A stretch of 64,000 bases of DNA from Nitrospirota bacterium (GTDB lineage Bacteria; Nitrospirota; Thermodesulfovibrionia; UBA6902). The first letter of the stretch is position 1. Each line of letters opens with the position of its first letter. Below the pieces are notes generated by a model. That model did not search any database. It was not told the origin of the DNA and saw only the letters and a program-made list of their open reading frames with translations. Positions 1 to 8,993 of this stretch are shown one piece after another. The position numbers were made by a program, and so were the translations under genes. Location of the stretch: positions 142 through 64,141 of the forward strand of contig JACRPZ010000005.1 of assembly GCA_016222905.1 (NCBI GenBank), read 5' to 3'.

Positions 1-19
1 TGTTTAGAAAGTCTTTTTT

Positions 20-188
20 ATTCCCCCTTAGTAAAGGGGGATGAAGGGGGTTGTTGTAAAGTAATCAGTATAAAATAATCTTAATACGTACAATTAGCAT
101 CAAGGACTTTACTTTATAAATATCAATATGGTGGACAGCATGAATGCAAGTCATAACAACCCCCTAACCCCCTTTTTTAAGGGGGAAT
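20..188. repeat. Inverted pair of CCCCC/GGGGG-rich REP-like palindromic repeats (20-55 and 155-188)
   Basis: attcccccttagtaaagggggatgaagggggttgtt and its near reverse complement aacaaccccctaacccccttttttaagggggaat; a third copy lies at 32489-32522. Confidence 0.7.
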
Positions 189-217
189 TATTAAACTATG
201 CGCAGGAACTTTAACTT

Positions 218-1549
218 ATGGCTTTTAAGATACTGATAGCAGAAGACGAAGAGATAACTCTGAACAATATTCTGGATACCTTGCAGGATGAGGGATATGA
301 TGTCTCCGGAACAAAGAACGGCGCTGACGCCCTTATGAAGATGGAGAAAGAACATTTTGATCTCCTTATCACCGACATAAAGATGCCCGGCCTCAGCGGC
401 ATGGAACTCCTCGGAAAGATAAAGGAAAAATATCCCGTTACAGAAGTGATCATTATTACTGGCTTTGGAAGCATAGGCTCGGCGGTTGAAGCAATGAAGA
501 AGGGGGCATTGGATTATATCGCAAAACCCTTTGACCTTGATGAATTGACAATGAAGGTCAGGAAGATCATGGACCAAAGCGTCCTGAAGAAAGAACACAG
601 GGCATTAAAGATTTATTTCGGCATGAATAAAAAAATCACCCTGATCGCAAAGAGTGAGGGCATGAAAAAGATCCTGAACACCATTGAAGGGATTAAGGAT
701 TCTGATTTCAATATGCTCCTTACCGGCGAGACAGGGGTGGGAAAAAGCCTAATAGCAAAGGTCGTCCATTCTACAAGCAGAAGACAGGAGAGACCTTTCC
801 TCTCCATTAACTGCGCTACTCTAACTGAAGACCTGCTTGCAAGTGAGCTGTTCGGCCATGAGAAGGGCGCGTTTACCGGCGCCATTACCGCTAAACAGGG
901 GCTCGTTGAGATTGCTGATACAGGGATTCTTTTTCTTGACGAGATTGCCGAGTTGACCCCGAATCTCCAGGCGAAACTCCTGAAGGTGGTTGAAGAAGGC
1001 GAGTTTTATCGGGTTGGAGGCACGAAGCCTCAAAAGGTTGATGTGCGGTTCATAGCAGCCACAAACCAGAATGTGAAGAAGCTGATCTCAGATGGACGGT
1101 TCAGGGAAGACCTTTATTACAGGATGAATATTATGGAAATCTTCATCCCGCCTTTGAGGGAACGTCAGGATGACATAAAACCCCTTAGCGCTTTTTTCCT
1201 TCAAAAGCACCTGCCGAAGTCGAACAAGAAGATAATGGGGTTCTCAGACGAGGCCATGGAGATTCTGCTTCATTACAGCTTCCCCGGCAATGTAAGGGAA
1301 CTTGAAAATATAATCGAACGGGCGATCATCATTGAAAAGAGTCCGGTTATAACGCCTGAGAGCCTGCCTCGCGGAATAAGGGTTTTGGAGATAGCAACTA
1401 TAGACCCGGACAGGATAAAGACAGTTGATGAACTGGTCAAGGAATATGCCGAACAGGTCGTAAAGATGTTAGGCGGAAATAGGACAAGGGCGTCTGAGTT
1501 GTTGGGCATGTCCAGGACAAGCCTCTGGAAGATATTGAAAGAGGAGTAG
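218..1549 (+). CDS. Sigma-54-dependent response regulator (NtrC/AtoC family)
   Basis: N-terminal receiver (LLITDIKMPG), Walker A GETGVGKS, GAFTGA loop, FLDEI, C-terminal Fis-type HTH. Confidence 0.95.
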   Translation: MAFKILIAEDEEITLNNILDTLQDEGYDVSGTKNGADALMKMEKEHFDLLITDIKMPGLSGMELLGKIKEKYPVTEVIIITGFGSIGSAVEAMKKGALDYIAKPFDLDELTMKVRKIMDQSVLKKEHRALKIYFGMNKKITLIAKSEGMKKILNTIEGIKDSDFNMLLTGETGVGKSLIAKVVHSTSRRQERPFLSINCATLTEDLLASELFGHEKGAFTGAITAKQGLVEIADTGILFLDEIAELTPNLQAKLLKVVEEGEFYRVGGTKPQKVDVRFIAATNQNVKKLISDGRFREDLYYRMNIMEIFIPPLRERQDDIKPLSAFFLQKHLPKSNKKIMGFSDEAMEILLHYSFPGNVRELENIIERAIIIEKSPVITPESLPRGIRVLEIATIDPDRIKTVDELVKEYAEQVVKMLGGNRTRASELLGMSRTSLWKILKEE

Positions 1550-1637
1550 CAGGGTGGTTTGTAAGCCAACAAAATTTCTTTTACGCAAAAACTAATCTGC
1601 CTTTAGACTGTAAATTGAGTATTTCCTCAACATCATC

Positions 1638-1994
1638 TCATGCGGCAACGGCATTCTTTGAGTGAGACTTTCTCCTTGATGAGAGCGCATTCAGCCTCTC
1701 AATGGTATCCGGATATTTTCTCACCAGGAGGATCAACGTCGCTGCCTGCACATTCGGCTTTGAAATGCCCTGCTCCCATTTTTCAAGCGTACGAGGGGAC
1801 ACACAGAGTTGATGTGCAAAAACCGCGCGCGAAAGATTCAGACTGTCACGCACTTCCCGTATCATTTTCGAAGTCACAGACGGGGTGAATTGCCCTTCGA
1901 TCTTGTATTCGCGCAGGGTGATTTTTCCCTTACTGTGTTGCTTTATCTCCTCTATACCCTGCGTCAACTCCAGAAATAAATTTCTCTTTCTCAT
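1638..1994 (-). CDS. higA: HigA-like XRE-family HTH antitoxin
   Basis: IREVRDSLNLSRAVFA...TLEKWEQG HTH; ATG at 1994 overlaps the toxin stop (ATGA), so preferred over the ORF-track start at 2033. Confidence 0.85.
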   Translation of the reverse strand: MRKRNLFLELTQGIEEIKQHSKGKITLREYKIEGQFTPSVTSKMIREVRDSLNLSRAVFAHQLCVSPRTLEKWEQGISKPNVQAATLILLVRKYPDTIERLNALSSRRKSHSKNAVAA

Positions 1995-2308
1995 AAGTTC
2001 CACTCCTTCACTAATTTCATTAGAGCTTTGCACTCTTTAGTATTCAAATCTGACACTTCATTTTTAGCGTAAAGGGTAAGCAGATAAATTCGGGCGACTG
2101 AGGAGTGAAAATAATAGATAATTCTCACACCGGCTCTCTTACCCTTGCCTTTGGACTTCCATCGCACCTTTCTTAATCCGCCTGTCCTCTGCATGATATC
2201 TCCGGCCTCGGGATTCGCCGCAAGATGCGCTTGGAAATCCTTGTACTCTTCATCCGTCAAGTAATCCGGAAGCAGACGGGTGAATATTCTCGTTTCCACA
2301 AACAACAT
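1991..2308 (-). CDS. higB: RelE/HigB-family mRNA interferase toxin
   Basis: TGGLRKVRW..GKGKRAGVRIIYY and LLTLYAKNE motifs; toxin-first gene order. Confidence 0.9.
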   Translation of the reverse strand: MLFVETRIFTRLLPDYLTDEEYKDFQAHLAANPEAGDIMQRTGGLRKVRWKSKGKGKRAGVRIIYYFHSSVARIYLLTLYAKNEVSDLNTKECKALMKLVKEWNL

Positions 2309-2313
2309 ATTTT

Positions 2314-2342
2314 AGTATACCCAAGTAGCGTATGATTTACAA
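2314..2342 (-). promoter_or_regulatory. Sigma-70 promoter of higBA with overlapping palindromic operator
   Basis: Minus strand TTGTAA-17nt-TATACT ending 5 nt before the toxin ATG; imperfect palindrome ATACCCAAGTAGCGTAT at 2317-2333. Confidence 0.65.
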
Positions 2343-2689
2343 GGGTGTGACCATTAACTGTTAAGTAGGTGTCCATGGAATCAGACACACTCCCGTTAAA
2401 TTCTCCTTCTCAATCCTCCAGACTTTGCTGCACGGAACAAGACCTGACCCCATTTGCTTGTGACCCCATTTGCTTGTTGAGCAGGCGCGAAGCGAAGAGG
2501 AACGCCGGTGTCACTGTACAAACTAATCGTAGCAAAAAAGATAGTGGCGAGACGGCTCAATAAGCCTTATTGTTTCCTTTATTGCAAGAAACAAGACCCC
2601 AATCGCCTTAGCCTAACATCTCAATATTTAAGACTCCTAATTCTTCTCACTTTCCCAAACTAGGTTAGTCTTTTTATCATGCCTTGAAG

Positions 2690-3397
2690 TCATTTGTTGT
2701 TGATACCGACTGTGAGTTTTACTTTTAGTAAGAAGTTCTCTGGAAACTCAACTGCTTGGCATGATTTATCCCATTTTGGCTGGCCAAATAGCCAAGGATC
2801 ATCGGTCCCGAAGTTTTCAGGTCCAATCTCTTTAGAAAAAACTAATTTCTTCTTCTTTATGTCATAGACGTAGGCGTGATAGAGCTCTTTTACGAACGCC
2901 CAATAGGCGACATAATCATCACAGAAAGAATCATATGCAAATCCATTATAACCGGGCAGAACCACTTCGGAAAGAATCCATTTATTGGCAACCTTGCTCA
3001 GCAAATATGACTCCGGTTCGGGATAGCCATATACTGCGCCTTTAGGCGCATCTGCCATTTCAAGAGTATCGCCTACAAGTTTGCCAAGCTTGCATTTATG
3101 CATGACTACAGAATATTTTGTCTTTCTCGCATGATAAATAAAATCTACCTGTTGCCCTTCAATAATCAAGGGTAAGCACGTAGTCCCCTCATTCAGTAAA
3201 TTCCAGAATACCTTCGGCTGGCCGAGTTTTGCTTTTTCAAAATAAGGAAAAGAACCCTGGGCTAATGGGATCTCTGATTCTAATTTAATATCTGCGGCGA
3301 CTGAAATTGAGACGGCTACAAAAGAGAAGAGCAGTGCCAAGATTGTTGTTTTATATATCATTTTCAGGCTACATTTACTTTTATGTTTATTCTGCAT
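2690..3397 (-). CDS. Hypothetical exported protein
   Basis: Long AT-rich ORF with signal-peptide-like segment (ILALLFSFVAVSISVAA); no recognised family. Confidence 0.7.
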   Translation of the reverse strand: MQNKHKSKCSLKMIYKTTILALLFSFVAVSISVAADIKLESEIPLAQGSFPYFEKAKLGQPKVFWNLLNEGTTCLPLIIEGQQVDFIYHARKTKYSVVMHKCKLGKLVGDTLEMADAPKGAVYGYPEPESYLLSKVANKWILSEVVLPGYNGFAYDSFCDDYVAYWAFVKELYHAYVYDIKKKKLVFSKEIGPENFGTDDPWLFGQPKWDKSCQAVEFPENFLLKVKLTVGINNK

Positions 3398-3480
3398 TTT
3401 AGAGAAGTTTATCTCTATGCTACTTTGTATGTCAAGAAAATTATGGGCAAAATACTAGTTACTCGTCTACTGTTAACACT

Positions 3481-3688
3481 GTTCACATTTTAAACGTTTT
3501 TGTTTTTCTTCTTTACACTTCCTCATTATTCAATTAAAACTTTAAATAACAATATGTTACAACTTATTCCTCCCTTTTCTCAACTTGTCCGCCCTGAAAT
3601 TTCACCGTTCATATTATAAACGCATCTTTCTTGGCTGTCCTAATTATCTTTTAATTTCAATTAGTTACCTTCTGGTATCCTTTATGCT
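3481..3688 (+). promoter_or_regulatory. Sigma-54 promoter with two putative enhancer sites and an IHF-like site
   Basis: TGGTATCCTTTATGCT (GG-N10-GC, 3673-3688); repeated GTTCA-N5-TAAACG at 3481 and 3607; TTTCAATTAGTTA resembles WATCAANNNNTTR. Confidence 0.7.
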
Positions 3689-3727
3689 CTTATGAATGTG
3701 TAAATACAAACATTTGGAGGTAGAAAA

Positions 3728-4213
3728 ATGAAGCGCAATCTTTTATTCATAACATCTCGGGAAGATGACTTTGACGATGGGCTTTCTTATGCCCTCGACC
3801 TCGCCAAAATGACGGACAGAGGCATTGCCATCCTTCTGGTACACAAGAAAAGACTGTCAAAAAAGTTTGAAGACCTGATGACAGCGATCACCTTTGCTGA
3901 AGCCGATGAGCATGAGACAGCAAGAGAGATTATGTACGCATCGGAATCAAAGGTAAAAGGAGATGATCTCCAGGAATTACTTAAAGAAAAGTGCGATGAA
4001 TCAGGGGTCGCATCGAGTATTTATACAGGGGTCAGTGACACGGTTTCTGCACTGCGGGATTTTCTGAAACAGAACAAGGGCGTAGATATGGTCCTCTTAA
4101 GCCCGAACATTACTGATAACGGGACCCTGACATCCCGTGAACTGAATCAGCTTTTAAGAACAGCCTCAATGCCGATAGTTACTATGGCAAAACATGCTTA
4201 TGCCGCATCATAA
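3728..4213 (+). CDS. Degenerate universal-stress-protein-like protein
   Basis: GGAGG RBS; LSYALDLAK...VDMVLL...PIVTM USP-like pattern; first gene of the operon. Confidence 0.7.
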   Translation: MKRNLLFITSREDDFDDGLSYALDLAKMTDRGIAILLVHKKRLSKKFEDLMTAITFAEADEHETAREIMYASESKVKGDDLQELLKEKCDESGVASSIYTGVSDTVSALRDFLKQNKGVDMVLLSPNITDNGTLTSRELNQLLRTASMPIVTMAKHAYAAS

Positions 4214-4238
4214 AAAAATATAACGGAGGGGTTTTGGA

Positions 4239-5156
4239 ATGTATTTTTATTTACCGGTAGCACTAACCAGCATTAACATATTAATCCCGATAGGACTCGG
4301 CCTCGCGGTGGGGCTTCTTTCGGGTCTTTTCGGAGTCGGAGGAGGCTTTCTGATGACTCCGCTTCTGATAATGTTCGGCATTCCTTCAACAGTTGCTGCT
4401 GCAACGGATTCAAACCAGATTGTTGCCGCATCAACATCAGGGACATATGCCCACTGGAAGGTAGGCAATGTGGACTTTAAAATGGGGCTTTATCTTCTCA
4501 TCGGAGGTTTTGCCGGTGGGCTTTTCGGCGTGCAGTTGATCAAAATTCTCAAGGCGACGGGGAATGCAGACTTTGTTATAAAGATGACATATGTGCTGAT
4601 GCTCGGTATAGTCGGCACATATATGTTCATTGAAAGCCTGAGCAGCATGAGAAAAAAGAAGACTGAAGAGATAAAACCGGAGAAAGAATCGGGAATGGCA
4701 AGATTTCTCAAGTCTCTTCCGCTTCAGACCCATTTTGAAAAATCAGGGGTGACACACTCAGCCCTTCTCCCGATAATCTTCGGAGGCTTTGTCGGCATAC
4801 TCGCCGCGATCATGGGCGTGGGCGGAGGCTTCCTGATGGTGCCTGTAATGGTTTATATCCTGAGAATGCCCATGCATGTCGTAGTCGGAACGAGTCTCTT
4901 TCAGATATTATTTAACTGCATAGAGGTCACCTTTTTACAGGCATATACCAATCACAATGTGGATTTTATCCTTGCTGTTCTTTTGCTTTTGGGTTCAACT
5001 GTCGGAGCGCAGATCGGAGCGGTTTTCGGGAGAAAACTCAAAGGCGAACAGCTCAAGATCATTCTTGCGGCAATAGTTCTCGTAGTGACCGTCAAGATGA
5101 TCTTTGAACTTACATTAAGCCCGTCTATACTTTTATCACAGGCAGGAGGACACTAA
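4239..5156 (+). CDS. TauE/SafE family sulfite exporter
   Basis: Two GLFGVGGGF/GVGGGF repeats, multiple TM helices. Confidence 0.92.
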   Translation: MYFYLPVALTSINILIPIGLGLAVGLLSGLFGVGGGFLMTPLLIMFGIPSTVAAATDSNQIVAASTSGTYAHWKVGNVDFKMGLYLLIGGFAGGLFGVQLIKILKATGNADFVIKMTYVLMLGIVGTYMFIESLSSMRKKKTEEIKPEKESGMARFLKSLPLQTHFEKSGVTHSALLPIIFGGFVGILAAIMGVGGGFLMVPVMVYILRMPMHVVVGTSLFQILFNCIEVTFLQAYTNHNVDFILAVLLLLGSTVGAQIGAVFGRKLKGEQLKIILAAIVLVVTVKMIFELTLSPSILLSQAGGH

Positions 5157-5968
5157 TGAAAAAAGTCAGAAGTCAGAAGTCAGAAGTCAGAAGTTTTAAA
5201 AACATTTTCCTAACAGCTTTCATTATATTTTTGGGAATGATAATGACGGGAACAAAGGCATCAGCGGAATTGACGATAAAGGCAAACCATGACGATATAA
5301 AGATAGACTTCTTCTATAACGGCAGTACCGTGTCTGTTGCCGGAGACGCTGATTCGGGGACTGACCTGATCATTAAGATAGCATCTCCGGAAGGTCACGA
5401 GATACTTAAACAGAAAGGAAAAGTGGCGGGCCTTTTGTGGATGAATACCGGAACATTAAATTTTGAACATACGCCGAACCTCTATTCCATTTACAGCACA
5501 AAAAAGATTGAAGACATACTTAGCGCAGAGGAAGCGGATAAATATGTGATTGGTTACCCCGCGCTAAGCAGGCAGATGGAAATAGCTCCCGTTTCAACCG
5601 AAGATGAACGGTCAAAATGGTTCAATGAGTTTGTGAAGTACAAGGAATCTTCAAACCTTTACACAACTTCTTCCGGCAAGATATTGACCACGGCAAAAGA
5701 CGGCAAACAGGCGTACTATATCCTTACAGCATGGCCTTATCAGGCCCCTCCGGGAGATTATCTCGTCACCGTATATGCGGTTAAGGATAAAAAGGTCATC
5801 GAGAAAGCAGAGTCAAAGGTAATGGTAGAACAGGTTGGCGCTGTAAAGATGCTTGCCGGAATGGCAAAAAATAACGGCGCTTTATACGGGGGCATATCCA
5901 TAATGGCGGCGCTGGCTGCGGGATTCGGAGTTGGCATGATATTCAGAAAAGGTGGAGGCGCGCATTAA
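5156..5968 (+). CDS. TIGR02186-like membrane-anchored periplasmic protein
   Basis: Typical TauE partner; KGKVAGLLWMN and PPGDY motifs; C-terminal TM. Confidence 0.8.
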   Translation: MKKVRSQKSEVRSFKNIFLTAFIIFLGMIMTGTKASAELTIKANHDDIKIDFFYNGSTVSVAGDADSGTDLIIKIASPEGHEILKQKGKVAGLLWMNTGTLNFEHTPNLYSIYSTKKIEDILSAEEADKYVIGYPALSRQMEIAPVSTEDERSKWFNEFVKYKESSNLYTTSSGKILTTAKDGKQAYYILTAWPYQAPPGDYLVTVYAVKDKKVIEKAESKVMVEQVGAVKMLAGMAKNNGALYGGISIMAALAAGFGVGMIFRKGGGAH

Positions 5969-5970
5969 TT

Positions 5971-6828
5971 ATGTATAAGAAAATATTAGTAGGCTTTGAT
6001 GATTCGGAACACAGCAAGGCGGCGCTCATAGAGGCTTCTAACTGGGTCAAACGGCATGGCGGTTCTGTTATTCTTGCCCACGCTGTCTTTTTTGATCCTG
6101 AGGAGTTTGGAATTGCGCCCGTCCAGTTAGAGAAACGTCTGAAAATAGGTGAAAAAATATGTATTCAAACAAAAGAGATGTTGACTTCCGAATTCGGCAT
6201 AGAAGTGCAATCCCTGCTCTGCGAGGGAGATCCTCCAACGGTCATAGTTGACATTGCAAGAGAAAAGAAAGCGGATCTTGTAATGCTGGGCACATACGGA
6301 AGAAAGGGCCTGAACAGACTGCTCATGGGCAGCGTTACATCGCAGGTTGTTGTAAATTCACCGGTTGATGTGCTTGTGGTGAAAAAACCGTGTACCGAAT
6401 GCACGGGTGAATATAAATCCATTTTAGTCCCATTTGACGGTTCACCGTCCAGCCAAAAGGCATTAGAACGCGCCTGCCATCTGTCAAAGATTGATAATGC
6501 CGAGATAAAGATCCTGTATGTTATTCCCCGTTATGAAGAAATGGTGGGCTTTTATAAAAGCAGCTCAATAAAGAAGAGTCTTTTTCAGGAGGCGCAGAAG
6601 ATCATTGATACCGCAAAGGTAATAACCTCAAAGCTTGGAGTCTCTGTAAAAGATGAGATACAGGAAGGAAATGCGGCGGAGAAGATCGTAGAGACCTCAA
6701 AGAAACTTAAAAACGATTTGATAGTCATGGGAAGTTACGGATATACAGGCGTTAACAAGGCGATCATAGGGAGCACCGCTGAAAGGGTGATAACCAATGC
6801 CGCCTGTCCGATACTTGTGGTGAGGTGA
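5971..6828 (+). CDS. Tandem-domain universal stress protein
   Basis: Two USP domains (ILVGFDDS..., ILVPFDGS...; GSVT, GSTA motifs). Confidence 0.92.
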   Translation: MYKKILVGFDDSEHSKAALIEASNWVKRHGGSVILAHAVFFDPEEFGIAPVQLEKRLKIGEKICIQTKEMLTSEFGIEVQSLLCEGDPPTVIVDIAREKKADLVMLGTYGRKGLNRLLMGSVTSQVVVNSPVDVLVVKKPCTECTGEYKSILVPFDGSPSSQKALERACHLSKIDNAEIKILYVIPRYEEMVGFYKSSSIKKSLFQEAQKIIDTAKVITSKLGVSVKDEIQEGNAAEKIVETSKKLKNDLIVMGSYGYTGVNKAIIGSTAERVITNAACPILVVR

Positions 6829-6834
6829 AATATC

Positions 6835-7257
6835 ATGAAAGGTTACAGAAAAATATTAATAGCAGTGAACGGCTCAAAGGATGTTCTTTCGCAAGGTTTG
6901 AGAATGGCGCATGATGAAAAATGCTGGGTAACGGTTGTCAAGGTGCTGCCTCCAAATGAAGGAGACTTGAACCTTGTGGGGATAAAAAACATAGAGGATG
7001 TATTAACCAGCGGCTGCCATAAAGAAAACGCTGAGATAAATTCTATCGCAGAGACCGAAGGAGCGTTGATAAAGACAAGATTTGAAGAAGGCGATGTCTA
7101 TAAAAAGATTCTTGAAGTTGCAGAGGAAGAAAGATGTGATGTCATCATCATGGGATCGCGCCGCAGACGAAACCGGATAAGCAGGTTTTTCGGCGATAAT
7201 GTCGTGGGAAAGGTCATCAATCATGCCCCCTGCCCTGTCTTTGTGGTTGGAACGTAA
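6835..7257 (+). CDS. Universal stress protein
   Basis: ILIAVNGS...DVIIMG...APCPVFVV. Confidence 0.9.
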   Translation: MKGYRKILIAVNGSKDVLSQGLRMAHDEKCWVTVVKVLPPNEGDLNLVGIKNIEDVLTSGCHKENAEINSIAETEGALIKTRFEEGDVYKKILEVAEEERCDVIIMGSRRRRNRISRFFGDNVVGKVINHAPCPVFVVGT

Positions 7258-7304
7258 GAAGCTTCTCATCGCAGACACTGTGAAAGCATGTAGTATAATA
7301 TTAC

Positions 7305-7703
7305 ATGCCTGCTTCCCCTGAAGATAAGAGCTCTGCAAAGGTTCGTAACCGACGCGTCCATATGGCAAATGAGAGGACATTCCTCGCGTGGATAAGGACA
7401 AGCATAGGCATCATGGCATTTGGTTTTGTTGTAGAGAAATTTGCCCTGTTTGTAAAACAGCTGTCATATTTTCTGGGTAAAGAGATTACCCCTCCATCTC
7501 ATGGCTATTCGTCAATTTTCGGCATATTACTTGTTGCTCTCGGCGCTTTAATGGGCGCGCTTTCATTTATCAGATACAAGAAAGTTGAGAGGCAGATCGA
7601 TGAGGATACTTATAAACCATCGCTGATTCTTGACATACTGCTTGCCATATCTGTACTTGCAATTGGTATTTTCCTTGTGATTTATCTGATTCACAGCGTA
7701 TAA
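7305..7703 (+). CDS. DUF202/YidH family membrane protein
   Basis: HMANERTFLAWIRT signature. Confidence 0.9.
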   Translation: MPASPEDKSSAKVRNRRVHMANERTFLAWIRTSIGIMAFGFVVEKFALFVKQLSYFLGKEITPPSHGYSSIFGILLVALGALMGALSFIRYKKVERQIDEDTYKPSLILDILLAISVLAIGIFLVIYLIHSV

Positions 7704-7746
7704 AGACCGGATATGAAAAGTTGCAATGATTTTGACAGGCTAAAAA

Positions 7747-8055
7747 CTATTTAAAGAATTCAAGATATTCTTGAGGCGGAGTCAAAATCTCAATGCTCAT
7801 GGTATCGTGAAGACTGTCAACTTCTAAAAAGCCGCTGATCTCGCACGGAACATTCATAAGATCATTTTTGAAAGGGATAAGCAGATTAATCCACGAATGC
7901 AGGGGAAAGCGGTACTTTGTATCAATACACATGCAGTGTTTGGAGGCTTCTGTAGATGTTCCTAAGGAGAGCAGATTGCCGAAAAAAAGCCTTGCCTTAA
8001 TCTCCATCTGAATTTCACGGCAATCTCTTTTTTCTGAAAGACTACAGATAATCAT
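7747..8055 (-). CDS. Degenerate PilZ-like domain protein
   Basis: GGAGGGG RBS before ATG at 8055; EKR...ARLFFGN...GT...MCIDT..FPL...PPQEYLEF resembles stand-alone PilZ proteins. Confidence 0.55.
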   Translation of the reverse strand: MIICSLSEKRDCREIQMEIKARLFFGNLLSLGTSTEASKHCMCIDTKYRFPLHSWINLLIPFKNDLMNVPCEISGFLEVDSLHDTMSIEILTPPQEYLEFFK

Positions 8056-8241
8056 ATTCCCCTCCAATAGGGTTTGTTGGAAAACATTATATATAGCCCA
8101 AAATATCACATTATGTTTTGTTAGTCAATCTAAATATATTTATGGCCGGATATGTTTTCCATATAATTTGTTTTCGCAATCAGGCAAATATCTTCATGGC
8201 AAGTTACACTTTTTATGGCAGGAATTTGTTAGAATTTATAC

Positions 8242-8958
8242 ATGGATGAAATTCTAAACGAAAAAGAGAAGGCCGCAGCTTTAAAGAAGATTCAACTCTT
8301 CTCGGAACTGTCTGATAAAGAACTGCATCAGATCAACAGCCAAATAGCCTTGAAAATCTTCAGAAAGAACGAGACCATTCTCTATGAAGAAGATACGAGC
8401 GCATTTATGTACATTATTTTATCAGGCAAGGTAAAGGTCATAAAGACAACAGGGGAAGGTAAGGAGATAATCCTTGCAATGCATAATGCAGGAAATTTTT
8501 TCGGTGAGATGTCTTTGATAGACGGCAAAACATCTCCTGCGTCCGTTGTAGCTATAGAGGATTCGATCATATCCATCATTTCAAAAAACGATTTCTATTC
8601 GCTGCTCTTTGCCCACAAGAAGGTATTTGAGAATCTCCTGAAAATATTAAGTTCGAGGCTCCGCTCCTCATGGGATACGATAAAACTGTTGAACTTCAAC
8701 AGCGCCTCGCAAAGGATAAGGACCTTATTCTTTATGCTCTCTGAAGAGCACGGCAAAAGAACCGCCGACGGGATAATATTAAACGCCAATCTCTCGCATA
8801 AGGAGATATCCGAAATGACGGGCCTGACGCGCGAAACAGTGACAAGGGTGATGGATAAGTGGCAGAAAGAAGGCGAGATCGCAATTCTCAAAAACAAAAG
8901 CATACGGCTGAATCCGGCCTTTCATAAGCGCTCTGATTTAAAGGATTTGCAGGATTAA
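8242..8958 (+). CDS. Crp/Fnr family transcriptional regulator
   Basis: cNMP-binding FGEMSL; HTH TRETVTR. Confidence 0.93.
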   Translation: MDEILNEKEKAAALKKIQLFSELSDKELHQINSQIALKIFRKNETILYEEDTSAFMYIILSGKVKVIKTTGEGKEIILAMHNAGNFFGEMSLIDGKTSPASVVAIEDSIISIISKNDFYSLLFAHKKVFENLLKILSSRLRSSWDTIKLLNFNSASQRIRTLFFMLSEEHGKRTADGIILNANLSHKEISEMTGLTRETVTRVMDKWQKEGEIAILKNKSIRLNPAFHKRSDLKDLQD

Positions 8959-8993
8959 TCATTTTCCATTTTGCTGAAAAAATTTTATAACCC

